DNA of 64,000 nt from Octopus sinensis. Taxonomy: Eukaryota. Where the stretch lies: positions 44,206,001 to 44,270,000 of the forward strand of contig NC_042999.1 in the NCBI RefSeq assembly GCF_006345805.1, read 5' to 3'. The notes below the pieces were generated by a model that was not told the origin of the DNA, did not search any database, and was given only the letters and a program-made list of their open reading frames with translations. Below are positions 49,327-62,390 of this stretch, in pieces (positions within the stretch are counted from its first letter, which is position 1; every line of letters starts with the position of its first letter). The position numbers and the translations under genes were made by a program.

Positions 49327-50939
49327 CTAGAAAAAAAATTTTGATCAAGGAGAATGAAACAAGAATTTAAAAGCTTTCACTACTTTACTCTATTGGTCAA
49401 CTAGCTCCCAAATACAATGACTAATACTAATCAGAAACCAATAGTATTTTCTTGTGATATTAGTGTTTCCATTCAGAAATTCTTGCAGCTGTGTTAGCAA
49501 ATCAAAATGAAGATCAGAGGTACTATTGCTACTGCTCTACTATAATGCTATAGTAATATGCACTATTGTAAATATTGGCATCACAGATGGGTAACTCAAA
49601 GAATTGCTGCTGTCCCTACAGAGATCAACTTGATCAAAATCAACTGATTATCATCACCATCATCATATTTAATGTCCATGTTCCATGCTGGTATGGGTCA
49701 GGCAGCATGACAAAATCCAATGAGCCAAAGATAGCATCATGCTCCTGTGACTTCTTTGGCATGGTTTCTGTGGTTGGATGCCCTTCCTAACACCAAGTAC
49801 TTTACAGCATACGCTAGGTACTTTTTCTGTGCCAGCAGCTCTGGAGAGGCTACCATGCAGTGTGCAAGATTACAAACCCTGAGGGGGGCAACATAAGGTA
49901 GGATTTGATGGGTAAAAGTATGAGAAAAGGGCCAGAACAAAACAGGTTTCTTGCTCTAGAGGAGCTACATGACTACTCACATTTTATTAGACAGGGTGGC
50001 AGTGATTGGGTGGAGTTGGAAAGTGATACAAAAAGTGTTGATGAAGTGCCAGGGAGGGCCTTCAAGGTATGAAGTGAGTAAGAATGACAATCTCTGTAAC
50101 AAGAACTATATATTATTTACACCATTCCATGTTTCATTGCCTGAAAATAAATTGCATGCATCCCCAAAGTAGATTTATGGATATTTATTCACTTAAGAGT
50201 GAATTTTTCTTAAACTGTATCACTTAACTTATTTTATTATAGTTTATTTTTTGCTTTTTTTTAATGTCTTCAAACTTTTGTGATTTGAGTATCAGAGATT
50301 GAAAATCTACCAAATTTTCTTTATATTTAAAATCATGTTTAATTTGTAACAGAAAATTTTAAATCCAAATCTCAAGAGTTAGGGGATTTACAGCTGCAGT
50401 CCTTTCCTTTTTGTATATAAATATATTTTTTGTTTACATTTCTAATCACATTTGCATACTTAGTAAATTAAAACTGACACAATTTTAAATTTTCACAAAG
50501 TGAAACAGCTAATGCTTTCATAAGCAAATACAATATATCTATATGCTTCAAATACAAACAAAATACATTTTCTTTGTTTTTTACTTGTTTCAATTGTTGG
50601 TCTGGGCACCACCCTGAAGCTGGGGTACCACCTATTTATATATATATATATAAAGGACTAAAGCTTTAACTCGTCTAATCCTAATCAGTTTCTCAGAATA
50701 TTTTTAATTAAAATTTTTTTTTTTAATTTCCTAATAAAAAAATTTAGAGAATTTGAATCTCTGATGCAAGAAAAATATAAAACTTGTAAACCATTAAAAA
50801 AAAGACATTAAAAATTTTGAGTGATGTTAGAAAAAAATCCATGCTAAAGTATATAAGCCAGCGTTTATTCAATTCTGTCTGATCCATAATCAATAAAATA
50901 CATTAAAAGTCTCATAAATATTACAATCAATTGACAAAC

Positions 50940-51080
50940 CTGGAAATCCTCTCTCACATCCAGCATAGTTCCATTGATAAAGATATCTCGCTTTGATTTT
51001 TCTAAAGGTTCTCCATTGCAATGGAACTGATAAACATCATTCAGGTTGTTCATTGTTCCAACATCCATCCAATTTACATT
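50940..51080 (-). CDS. POLG: POLG exon 4 (NVNWMDVGTMNNLNDVYQFHCNGEPLEKSKRDIFINGTMLDVREDFQ)
   Basis: 141 nt within ORF 50865..51068, AG/GT flanks. Confidence 0.95.
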
Positions 51081-52009
51081 CTATGAAAAAAAAAAAAAAA
51101 AAATACCTCGTCATTTTCACCATTTTAACATCCACATTTCCATGTGTGCATGAGTCAAATGGAATTCATTGAGGCAGATTTTCTACAGCTAGATGCCCTT
51201 CCTGTTGCCCACTCTCATTTGTTTCTAAGAAAGGTAATATGACTAGACATATTTTTACAGAAGATTGGAAACAAATAGCAGAGCTTGTGTGATAGTGACA
51301 CAGCTTTGCAATTGTTACACATTGTCAAGACAAGAAGGCACAAACGCACGCACACACACACACACATACACACAGGTGTGTGTGTGTGTGTACCATCATC
51401 ATCATTTTAACATCCACAATTCAATGCTTGCATGGGTTGGACAGAGTTTATTGAGGCAAATTGTCTATGGCCAGATGCCCTTCCTGCTACCAACCTTCAC
51501 CGGTTTTCCAAGGTAGTATTTCCTACAGCCAGACATGTCCTCACAGAATATTGGAAATGCATGACATTGCTTGTATGACTGCAATAACCAATTTACAATT
51601 ATTGCACTTTGTCAAAACAAGAAGGTACAAACACAGACGCATGCGCACACATACACACACGCATGCAGATTTCTCTTGCCAGATCCACTCACAAAGCTGC
51701 TATGCTTTCAGGGTACCTCCCTCCACAGCAGATTAGATCACAAAGATAAAAGAATTTGTCAATTACTGCAATGGGCCCATTTGAACACTTAAAAGAATTT
51801 ACCATATTTTCTGGCATACAAATGAAATTTTTTGGACCCAAATTTATAGCCAAAAAAGGTAAATTAACTTATACAAGATGATTTTTGTGGACCAAAAATT
51901 CAATGTGAAATGCAGCAGGATTAGGAAAGATAGTGATGATGTTTGAATATCTACACTACATGTTTACACTAAATGCTACATTAACTTGTATGCTGAAAAA
52001 TGTGGTATA

Positions 52010-52404
52010 TCTTTATATATAAAAGTCAAGTTGTGTGTCTGTCTCCTACGATTTAGATTCCTAACTACTCCCACATTTTGTGGTGCAGTTTAACCAAAAC
52101 CGGGTATCTTATAGTCGTGATTCATATCGAGCCCTTCTGGGTATTAGCGCGCGTCTACGATGAGACTATGATTTTTAAAAAAATTTACCATCAATTTTTC
52201 CCATTTTTAATGCATTTTTGGCATATATAAGGGAAGTAACTCTCTAAAAATTTTTTATTAAATCTCAGAACATAAAAAGCTACAGTAACACCCCCCTCCT
52301 TTGTGGTTAGCCATATTGAAATGGCTATTATACTTTACATCTCAAAAAATGCTTATATAATTATTTCCCTTACAAACCCGAGCAAAGCCGGGCGATACTG
52401 CTAG
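52010..52404 (+). mobile_element. Non-autonomous Helitron
   Basis: A|TC start and CTAG|T end, with the subterminal hairpin cccgagcaaagccggg. Confidence 0.82.
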
Positions 52405-52437
52405 TATTTATATATATAGTTCAAAATATTAACTTAC

Positions 52438-52596
52438 AATTTCTTCATTTCTATATTTTTTACTTGCTAAATGTTCTCGGACTTTACTTGGAGATGTCTC
52501 TTTCTTAGAAGCTTGATACAGAGATCTTTGGAAAGCAGTAAATCCTACTGAAGCAATGTGAAGTGACATGGTATCCAAGAAACGAAGTTTTGTGTC
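52438..52596 (-). CDS. POLG: POLG exon 3 (DTKLRFLDTMSLHIASVGFTAFQRSLYQ...NEEI)
   Basis: 159 nt, phase 0-0, FLDTMSxH motif, donor GTAAGT. Confidence 0.96.
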
Positions 52597-53988
52597 CTGT
52601 CAATAAAAAAATTCACTAATATCATGTCCATGTACATAATCCACATTATACAATAACAAAAAGAACATTTTCAAAATTGTAACAAAAAAAAAAAAAACAA
52701 TTTTTGGTTATGAAAATATATGCTAATGCAAACACCAGAGGCTTCCAAAACAATTTGCCAAAGTTCATCCCATATTAATAATTTATCCCACAAACCATTT
52801 TTATAACCTTAAAGGATAGAACCACAGAATGTTCACTAAATTATAATTACTAATATAGCAACAAAAATAAAAAGAGAAAACAAACAATAAACTACCATAG
52901 TGTGCAGTATAATTTTAGAAAAACAGTGTATTAGATACAAAAAAAAGGTACAACTACAAAATTATTTTCTTTTACTTTTTTCAGTCACTGGACTGCAGCC
53001 ATGCTGGGACACTGCCTTGAATGACTTTAATTGAACAAATCAACACCAGTACTTATTTAAACCTTTAACATTTAAACAGGTTATATCTGGCCCAAATGTT
53101 CTACTTGTTTCCTGTTAAAACTGACCAGATTCAACTTCTCACATCTACCTCAATCATATTGTTGAAATCTCAAAGTCATGAGATAATGCATGACTAATTC
53201 AAAACAATGTGAATAAATAAACATTACATTTAACAGAGTAACCTGCATGTTAAAGTACTTATTCTGTTGGTCTTTTTTGCCGAGCTACTAAGTTACAGGA
53301 ACATAAACAAACCAACACTGGAGACAAATACAAAGACACACACATATATATATATGCATGTTAAACTGTTAATCCCTATACATTTTTTCTCTCTCTATTT
53401 TTCTCCTCTCAATTCTTTCTGTCAAAAGAGTGTAGGCTCAAAATGTCAAAGACTTTTCCATTCTTCCCAGGCATCAAACTAATACACCTGCTGGTTCCTT
53501 CACCTGTCTTCATCTTTTGTTTTCTGTAAATTTGAACAATAGAAAGCATCCAGTCCACACTGTAAAATGGTTGGCATTTGGAAGATCTCCAGCTGCAAAA
53601 ACCATACCAAAACTGACCTATCGATGCACTATCTGCAACCTTATATTTTCAAACAAGGGAGTTTAGTGTTTCCACTCAACTCAAAGGTAAAATAATGTAG
53701 GCTTCTTTCAGTTTCTGCCTATCAAATCCACTCACAAGGCTTTGGTTGGCCCAAGGCTGTAGAAAACACTTGCCCAAGGTGCCATGCAGTACAACAAAAC
53801 CCAGAACCATGTGGTTGGAAAGCAAGCTTCTTACCACACAGCCACAAAATCACCATGTAGCTATGGAGCAAAGTTCTTAACTACATGGCCATACTTGTGC
53901 CAAAACAACATGCAAAATTAAATTGACTGAAAAACAAAAGTGAACAAAAAAAAAATTGTTGGAACTCAAGTTTCTTTTTCTCTTTTAC

Positions 53989-54184
53989 CTTGATATAATA
54001 TTGCTCTTTGACAAAAGAACGGTCAAAGCCAACATTGTGACCAACTATAATTCTTTTCTTTAGCATATTTTGTTTCATACTTTTCTGTGAACTTTTTGAC
54101 TCCAAAGGAATTAAGTCTTCCATCTGTGGTTGGGGACTCCATTTAAATTTGTCTTCAATTAAATAATCACTGCACCAAGAATAC
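53989..54184 (-). CDS. POLG: POLG exon 2 (W-YSWCS...IVGHNVGFDRSFVKEQYYIK; Exo II)
   Basis: 196 nt, AG/GT flanks, GHNVxFDR motif. Confidence 0.97.
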
Positions 54185-55189
54185 CTGTAAAAATATATAA
54201 AGTAATAAATGCAGGCTTTGAAGATATCATATTGACTTGTAGATGATCAGGAAAGATGTGTAAACAATTGAATCAAGATCTATTTTACTGGCATCTATTT
54301 TACTGATCTCACCAAATAATGAAGTTCCAAACTCAGAATACAGAAATTCAACATTGTAGAGTCGTTTGTCTAGTCCTCTATCATGTCCTCTCTTTTCAAG
54401 GTTTCAGATCAATTAAAACAGTTGCAGGAATGGTTATCACTTTGAAGCAGGTTGAAATGATTGTCTCTACTAATGAAGAATTTTCACATTCTGGCATTTA
54501 TCTTTTATCTTTTACTTGTTTCAGTCATTGAACTGCAGCTATGGTGGGGCACCGCCTTGAAGAATTTTTAGTCAAACAAATCAATACCCTGTGTTTGTTT
54601 ATTTTTTTTTAAACCTGGTACTTAATTTATTGGTATATTCTGCCACATTGCTAAGTTATGGAGATGTAAACAACACCTGCTGTCAAGCAGTGGTGACACA
54701 CACACACACACACACACACATGCATATAAATATATGACTGGCCTCCCTCGGCTTCCAAATCCACTCACAAGGTCAGCCCAAAGCTACAGTTGAAGACAAT
54801 TAATTGCCCAAAGTATCAAGCAGTGGGACTGAACTCAGAACCATGTGGATGGGAAGCAAACTTCTTACCACACAGCTACACCTATATAAAAAAAAATCTG
54901 TTTTTATCCCAAGACCAAACTAGAGCTATAGGAATATTTGGCAGGGAATTAACAGCTATTATTTATATGATGAGCTTCTTTCAGTTTCTATCTATCAAAT
55001 CTACCCACAAGGTTTTGGTCAGCCTGGAGCTACTGTAGAACACACTTTCCCAAAGTGCTGTGCAGCAGGATTGAACCTGAAACCATTGGTCCGGAGACAA
55101 ATTTCTTAACCACACAACCATTTTACATGGAAGTAAATGATCAACTCAAGAATTTGAAAGTGAATTAGTTTGTGAAAGAAAGAATTATG

Positions 55190-56060
55190 TATCTCATCAT
55201 CATCAAGCGTCTACTTTCCATGCTGGCATAGGTTAGACAGTTTGACCAAAACTGGTAAGTTGGAGAGCTGCACCAAGTTCCATGGTTTCTACAACTGGAT
55301 GCCCTTCCTAATGCCAACCACTCCAAAAGTGTAATGGGTGCTTTTTACATGCTAGTTACACGACACTAGCATCAGCTACAACTACAATTTCACTTGGCTT
55401 AATGAGTCTTCTCAAGCATGGTATATTGCCAACGGTCTCGGTCACTTGCCATCACCTCCATGAGGCCAAACATTCAAAGGGTACCTTTTACATGCCATTG
55501 GCACAGGTGCTAGTAATGTGACCCGGCATCAGCCAGGATTACAATTTCACTTGGCTTAATGAGTCTTCTCAAGCACAGCATAACACCAAAGGTCTCGGTC
55601 ACTTGCCATTGCCTCCATGGGGCCCAATATTCAAAGGGTACCTTTTACATGCCACCAGCACAGGTGCTAGTTATGTGACCCAGTATCAGCCAGGACTACA
55701 ATTTCACTTGGCTCAACAGGTCTTCTCAAGCACAGCAAAACACCAAAGGTCTCAGTCACTTGCCATTGCCTTCATGGGGCCCAATATTCAAAGGGTACCT
55801 TTTACATGCCACCAGCACAGGTGCTAGTTATGTGACCCGGCATCAGCCAGGATTACAATTTCACTTGGCTTGACAGGTCTTCTCAAGCACAGCCTAACAC
55901 CAAAGGTCTTGGTCACTTGCCATTGCCTCCATGGGGCTCAGCATTCAAAGATCATGCTTCACCACCTCATCTTATGTCTTCCTGGGTCTACCTCTTCCAC
56001 AGGCTCCTTTCACGGTTAGAGATCAGCACTTCTTTACACAGCTGTCCTCATCCATCATTG
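55190..56060 (-). mobile_element. RTE-clade LINE 3' end containing a 157-bp tandem array
   Basis: Decayed VKKC..GRGRPRKT..VVKHDL..LEKT, followed by tandem units and a (GAT)n tail. Confidence 0.85.
55345..55950. repeat. Tandem array of about four 157-bp units
   Basis: acaatttcacttggct recurs at 55384, 55541, 55698 and 55855. Confidence 0.92.
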
Positions 56061-56359
56061 TGTACAATATGATATGAATAGTGAGAAAGACCGAAGAAAT
56101 TTAGCAAAATAAAATTAACAAACGTAACAAGAAATTGAAATTTATGACACAACGTTTGAGACATCTGAACCCTTTCTAATGGCTTTAGTGACATAAATAA
56201 AATAAAACAGCTGCAGCCAGTAATTAAAAGTAGATTATAGTGTCAGCTCACAGAGGTGTAACCTTTACTTTATAGTGACGACATATAACTGCACAATATT
56301 GAAACAGTAGAGGTATTATTATGCTGAACAGCGGCTGTTGCATGTGAGATAGATCCATT

Positions 56360-56927
56360 TTCAACCAAGTCCATAGTGATGATTGCACCACCACTGTTCT
56401 TTAATTAAGTAGGCAAGGCAGTTTTCCTTTGCCTGGTGGCTGTGACAAAAGAGGTTGTCTGGTTGATAAAGGCTGGAGATGGAAAGCGAAGGCTGGAAAT
56501 GTTCGACAATGACTGTCTCCGCCACATTGATTGGGTTCCTACAGCCAGTCTTCATTTTCGCCTGTATGTCTGGCCCCTCCCTTCAGTGCTTCTACAACGG
56601 CGCTTAAGGTGGTTCGGTCATGCAGCCCGGCGTCCAGAGGGTGAGCTGATTCGCAATGTCCTCCTCCCACCTCCACTTCCCAACTGGCGCAAATGCACGG
56701 GCGGGCAGCCGAAGACCTGGGCAATAACAATAAAGGAGGATCTCTCCAAACTCTCAGGCCCGCAGGTGGTCGGTCTGCGCAGATGGAATCGCGAATGGCT
56801 CGCTATCTCTAGTGACCTCGCACAAGACCATCGAGCGTGGGCCACCATCATTTGTGATGCCGTCAGGACCAGAGAATAAGCCGGCTCAACCCGCCCTGGG
56901 TGAATGCTGTCACAAGTACAAGTAAGT
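56360..56927 (+). mobile_element. RTE-clade LINE 3' fragment from a different family, with a (CAAGTA)n tail
   Basis: ORF 56436..56879 (RRLRWFGHAARRP..GGQPKTW..QDHRAW). Confidence 0.88.
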
Positions 56928-57322
56928 GGATAAAGTTGAAAGGCATGAGGACAGTGACATTCCTCTTTGGTAAAAACTTCATTGACTTTTCCAAGTTACA
57001 CCTGAATAGGAAAGTGAGGGTAGGGAGGAAGGTGCTGTCCTGAAGTGAATTTATCGAAAGGTAGGGTGAAAGTTGCAAAAATGGCAAGAGTGAATGGTAC
57101 CACTCGAGTGTAAGCCTGTGAGTTGGAGAAAAGGAATTGGAGAGGGCACATCCTGGGTGTTCAGGAAGATCTTGGATGGTGGGGTTCCTTGATTATTCCT
57201 AGAGGTTCTCCTGATACAGGAGGGCCTCATCACTCTCATCCCTTCTTCCTTCTTTCTTTTTACTGTTGTATATTATGTATGCTTCCCTTTATTTTATTGT
57301 ATACTGTGTATACTTTCTATAT

Positions 57323-58250
57323 ATATCATCATCATCGTTTAACGTCCGCTTTCCATGCTAGCATGGGTTGGATGATTTGACTGAGGTCTGGTGAACCAGA
57401 TGTCTGCACCAGACTCCAATCTGATCTGGCAGAGTTTCTACAGCTGGATGCCCTTCCTAACGCCAACCACTCCGAGAGTGTAGTGGGTGCTTTAATGTGC
57501 CACCGGCACGAGGGCCAGTCAGGCAGTATTGGCAACGGCCACGCTCAAATGGTGCTTTTTATGTGCCACCTGCACAGGCAATGACCTCGCTAGAATGTTT
57601 TTTCCCATGCCAGTAAGGCGACGCAGGTAACGATCACGCTCGAATGGTGTCTTTTTACCTGCCATCAGCACGGAGGCCAGCTTGTTGCTCTGGCAACAAT
57701 CTCACTCGTATGGTACTCTTAGCACTCCAATAGCACAGATGCCAGTCATCGAATTTGATTTCGATTTCACTTGCCTTAACAGGTCTTCGTAAGCAGAGTT
57801 TAGTGTCCGATGAAGGAAAGGTGTGCATAAGTGGGCTGGTTACACCCCTGGCATAGGCCACAAGGTTATGTCTCACTTGCACTTGCCGAGTCTTCTCAAG
57901 CACAACATATTTCCAAAGGTTCCGGTCACTAGTCATTGCCTCATTGAGGCCAAATGTTTGAAGGTCATGCTTCACCATCTCATCCTAGGTCTTCCTGGGT
58001 CTACCTCTTCCACAGGTTCCCTCAACTGCTAGGGTGTGGCACTTTTTCACACAGCTATCCACATCCATTCTCGCCACATGACCATACAAGTACAGTCGTC
58101 TCTCTTGCACACCACATCTGATGCTCCTTAGGTCCAACTTTCCTCTCAAGGCACTAACACTCTGTTGAATATGCACACTGATATTACACATCCATCAGAG
58201 CATACTGGCTTCATTCCTTGCGAGCCTACTTATTAGGACTTTGCTTTTAG
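57323..58250 (-). mobile_element. RTE-clade LINE 3' end: ORF2 C-terminus, long 3'UTR and (GAT)n tail
   Basis: ORFs 57985..58191 (RRLYLYGHVARM..GRGRPRKT) and 57655..57978 run on into a UTR that ends gttaaacgatgatgatg. Confidence 0.88.
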
Positions 58251-59901
58251 CTAGTATATATATTTTATTTTTAACGTTTCATTATATGTAAACCTCCACA
58301 CACTGTATATATAATACTCCTCATCCTTCACCCTCAAGGCAAATAAAAGAAATTATTATTATTTATCATCATTAAGGCCAGTGAGCAGGAGGAAATGCTT
58401 AGTGGCATTTCATCCATCTTTACATTCTGAGTTAAAATTCTACCAAATTCTACTTTGCTTTCCATTCTTTCCAGGTTGATAGAATAAGTACCAGTTGAAC
58501 ACTGGGGTCAATGTAAACAGTCTTTGTGCCTCTAGTAGAAAGGAGTATTATTAAGGCCATGAATTGACAGAATCATTAGCCCACCAGATGGAATGTTCAG
58601 GGCATTTTGTTCATCTTCATGTTCCAAGTTCAAATTCCGCCAGGGTCCACTTTGCCAGTCATCCTTTCGAAATTGATAAAATAAGTACCAGTTGAGTACT
58701 GGAGTCAATGTAATCAACTTCCTTTTAAAATTATACTAAATCATTACTAATCTATGCTATTTTCCAATTCCATAAGAGATGTACAACTCTAAACTGGCCA
58801 ATCAGCTTCACCATTGGTCCCTATGGAGCAGTTCCGCTAAATATAATAATGCAGCTGACAAGTTCTAAATACATTTTATAAATTAACAATGAGCCAGTAG
58901 AATACTCAGTGCTTAGTACTGGATCCAGTCTTATTCAACATAGACATTCATCAACTCAACTCATTCAAGCTTGGTAGCCTTCATTTCAATGTCTATGTAG
59001 ATTACTGTTAAGTTCACAGTGCATTCTACATAATTTTTCCAGTATATTAAACTTAGAGCAGCCAATAACAACAAAAATATAAATGAATAATCAAAACCAA
59101 AAAAAGTAGAAATAATTCTTCTACTTAATACCACCCAATAATCATTGATAAAACCAGCTATCATGATGTTAGGGACATGATTATCATCATCATCCTCATT
59201 TTAATAAACTTTTGCAAGCTCACATGGGTCCAATGGAATTTGTTCAGGCAGATTTTCTATAGACAGATGCCCTTCCTGTTGCCAAGTAAGCTAATGTTTC
59301 CCCTGACCAGACATATTTTTACAGAAGATTGGAAACAAAGCACTCTGCTTGCCTGATGGTGACATTCGCAACTATCATGCAATGTTACTAAAGGAGACAA
59401 TAACATACACGTACAATGGGCTTCTTTCAGTTTCTGTCAACCAAATCCACTCACAAGGCTTTGGCTGACACAGAGCCATTGCAGAAATATTGGTCCAATA
59501 CAGTTTTTATCTATGACTCACACCCATAAGAAAGGCTTCATTAATTTTTCCCATCAAAACAAAATATCACATTTGAAGAAGGGAAGTCAATTTTCTCATA
59601 ACTAATTCAAGTTATTTAGACTTAAACTCTATACAGCACTGTGAGCAAACAAAGCAAACATGAAAATTGCATCAAAGCTGCATGACAGCGGTGTCAGACG
59701 TGGCATGCAGGCTGTCATATAGCTTGTTTTATTCTTCTCTTCCATTTATTTTGACATGCACATTGCATTTTTATTCTTCTCTTCCATTTTAACAAATTCA
59801 GTGTGTACATGTGCATTGTGTGTTCATACTTCTATCAAATCCACCAGAAGTGAAAAAACAAATTTTTAACTATCATAGTCATACTATTGCTAAGACCTAG
59901 A

Positions 59902-60290
59902 GTGGAGGCGCAATGGCCCAGTGGTTAGGGCAGCGGACTCGCAGTCATAGGATCGCGGTTTTGATTCCCAGATCAGGCATTGTGAGTGTTTATTGAGCGA
60001 AAACACCTAAAAGCTCCACGAGGTTCCGGCAGGGGATGGTGGTGATCCCTGCTGTACTCTTTCACCACAACTTTCTCTCACTCTTACTTCCTGTTTCTGT
60101 TGTACCTGTATTTCAAGGGGCCAGCCTTGTCACTCTCTGTGTCATGCTGAATATCCCCGAGAACTACGTTAAGGGTGCACGTGTCTGTGAAGTGCTCAGC
60201 CACTTACACGTTAATTTCACGAGCAGGCTGTTCCGTTGATTCGGATCAACCGGAACCCTCATCGTCGTAACCGACGGAGTGCTTCCATCC
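59902..60290 (+). mobile_element. tRNA-derived SINE family C, long form
   Basis: Head ggaggcgcaatggcccagtggttagggcagcggactc...gattccc with A/B-box-like motifs. Confidence 0.82.
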
Positions 60291-61533
60291 ATTGCTAAGA
60301 CCTCCTTCAATAGAAGGGGATCTTCTATATTGTCCAGCCTATGTTAGTTACCAGTATAGCATTTTTGTCTGAAAAATTACTCAGCAAAGAACAGATCAAG
60401 TTTTTTGTTCTAATTATATATATGTACTTTTCTTTTTGCAGAAAACTAACAGTTGTTCATGTATGCAAGACTTCTCTCTCCATACCGCTGGTGTCTTTTT
60501 CAGTGGAAAGATAAAGCTGATATGGTTTGATGCCAATGCCATTCAACACTTTAATGTTAGGACAAGAGTACCTAAACAGATGCCACAAAGCACCTTGGCC
60601 AATATTCTAACAATTCCACTACTCCACTGCCTAGGATTGGTACATTTTATCAACTCCGAAAGGATGAAAAGCAAAGTTAACTTCAATGAGATTTAGGCTC
60701 AGAATGCACAAAGTTAGAGCAAATACTACACAGCACCCTCTTCAACACTAACATCTTTGATGGCTCACTGCCCAATTTGAATGTATATACTAAAACAGCC
60801 TTGTTGCAATTTACTGAAGTAGTAATTCTTTGAGTCTTAGGGTTTGGTTTTTAAGTTTTACCAAGTAGAGTCATAACTGTTGTAAACAATGTATAAGAAA
60901 TACCATAGTCTCAAAATATAGAATGTACTGCCATTAGTCGTCAGTAAATGCTTGATTTGAAATGGAAGTTTAAATGATTCTTTGTGGAGTATTATTTGTT
61001 GAACCAAAAATAACACTCTTTTAGCAGTGCATTTATTTTTTGATCTTTTTTATAGATTAGTCTGAGAGGAAAGGGCAGGTCTCGTAAACTTCAAGACAAA
61101 GACAAAAAAAAAAAAAGAGACATGATGGCATGGCAGTAGACTCTGTTAAAAAATACTCAACAGCCATGTGGAGGTGCTAAACTGGATAATTGATTAAGTT
61201 CCCCAACCCAAAAATAAGTGCAAACCAGCCAATGGCCTTTAGCAGTTTCTGTTTACCTAATTTCATTCAGAAAGCTTGGATTGATCTGAAACTAGGACAG
61301 AAAACACTTCCCCTTGGTGCTGCAAAGTGAGATTGAATACTGAACCACTAGACTGCAAGTAGAGTTTATAACCGTTTGACCATGCATGTACCTATCTGTA
61401 TTGTGTCTTGGAACCACATATAGTCTGACAAACATAACAGTGGATTTATTATAGGTTTCTTCATTGTTAATTTAGAAAAAAGAACATTAGTATAAATAAA
61501 AATTAAGAAGTAAAAAAAAAAAATTATACAAAC

Positions 61534-62099
61534 CAATATTTGGAACCTGCTGCTGTTGCAAGAGTCGGGAAGCTGCCATCATTCATCAAACATTCAATAT
61601 CAAATACTAAAGCTTCTTCTTCAGGATAATCAACACTTGTAGCTGTCCCGGTTGCATCATATCTTGTCCAACCTTTACGAAAGCACCACTCTTTTGGTTG
61701 TGGAGGTAAAGTAGTATTTTTTAGTTGATTAAGAAATTCAACATAATCTGCTGTTTGTCTCTGAGCAATGTTACGGAAGTGTTCATCAATATCCCTTCCT
61801 TGTAATTTTGGAAGCTTGAAGCTAACATCTGGTATCATAGTTGGTGTACCGTGCAGTAGGTTGTGTCTTCTGAGGTGTTCAAGAGAGAGATTAACTGTTT
61901 CCTGATCAACTGGTGTCCTTTCGGGAAATATTTGCTGGTGAAGATTTTCTGATAACATCTGGATTTTAATTGCACTCATGCAGGGCTGAGTACTTTCAGA
62001 ACTTTGTCGAGTAATGGTCTTGTGTAAATACCTTCTTTGGCACCATCTTAGGCCACTGGTATATAATACCCTCCATTGACTCATTATTTTCCTTTTCAT
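61534..62099 (-). CDS. POLG: POLG coding exon 1 (mitochondrial targeting peptide, IQMLS..LHxQIF, Exo I motif VFDIE)
   Basis: ORF 61524..62102. The ATG at 62099 is preceded by a ttttag acceptor at 62103, implying an upstream 5'UTR exon. Donor TG|GTTTGT (phase 2). Confidence 0.96.
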
Positions 62100-62390
62100 C
62101 AACTAAAACAGACAATACCTTCTTTTAATAAGACATAAGGTTAATTTTGTATGATGGTGGGGGAGGGGTTAAAAGGTATTGTTGATTAAATTAATCTGTT
62201 ACAGTTTACTAATAAATATATGCAGCTGGTATTTATTGTGTTGCTACTAAGAGTTTCATGCTATTACCTGTTTTGTTATGCAATAAAGGCTATTATGAAT
62301 TGAAGGCTTTGGAAATTTTGAAAATAAATCAAGATTCTGATTTTAGGACATGAAGCACTAAGTAGATATACAAGAAGTACCAGTTACATA

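Noticed and set aside
55345-55950. CRISPR-like or novel repeat-spacer array
   Set aside because: The units are contiguous and similar along their whole length with no unique spacers, and they derive from a LINE end.
56930-57260. GC-balanced segment with several short ORFs
   Set aside because: No recognisable protein motif. It sits between two LINE ends and is probably another unclassified repeat.
59902-59975. tRNA gene
   Set aside because: The tRNA-like head continues into a SINE body shared with the 24121 copy, and no complete cloverleaf is evident.
61534-62102. Overlapping alternative-frame ORF like mammalian POLGARF
   Set aside because: No long alternative-frame ORF appears in the track over this exon. 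POLGARF is, to my knowledge, mammal-restricted.
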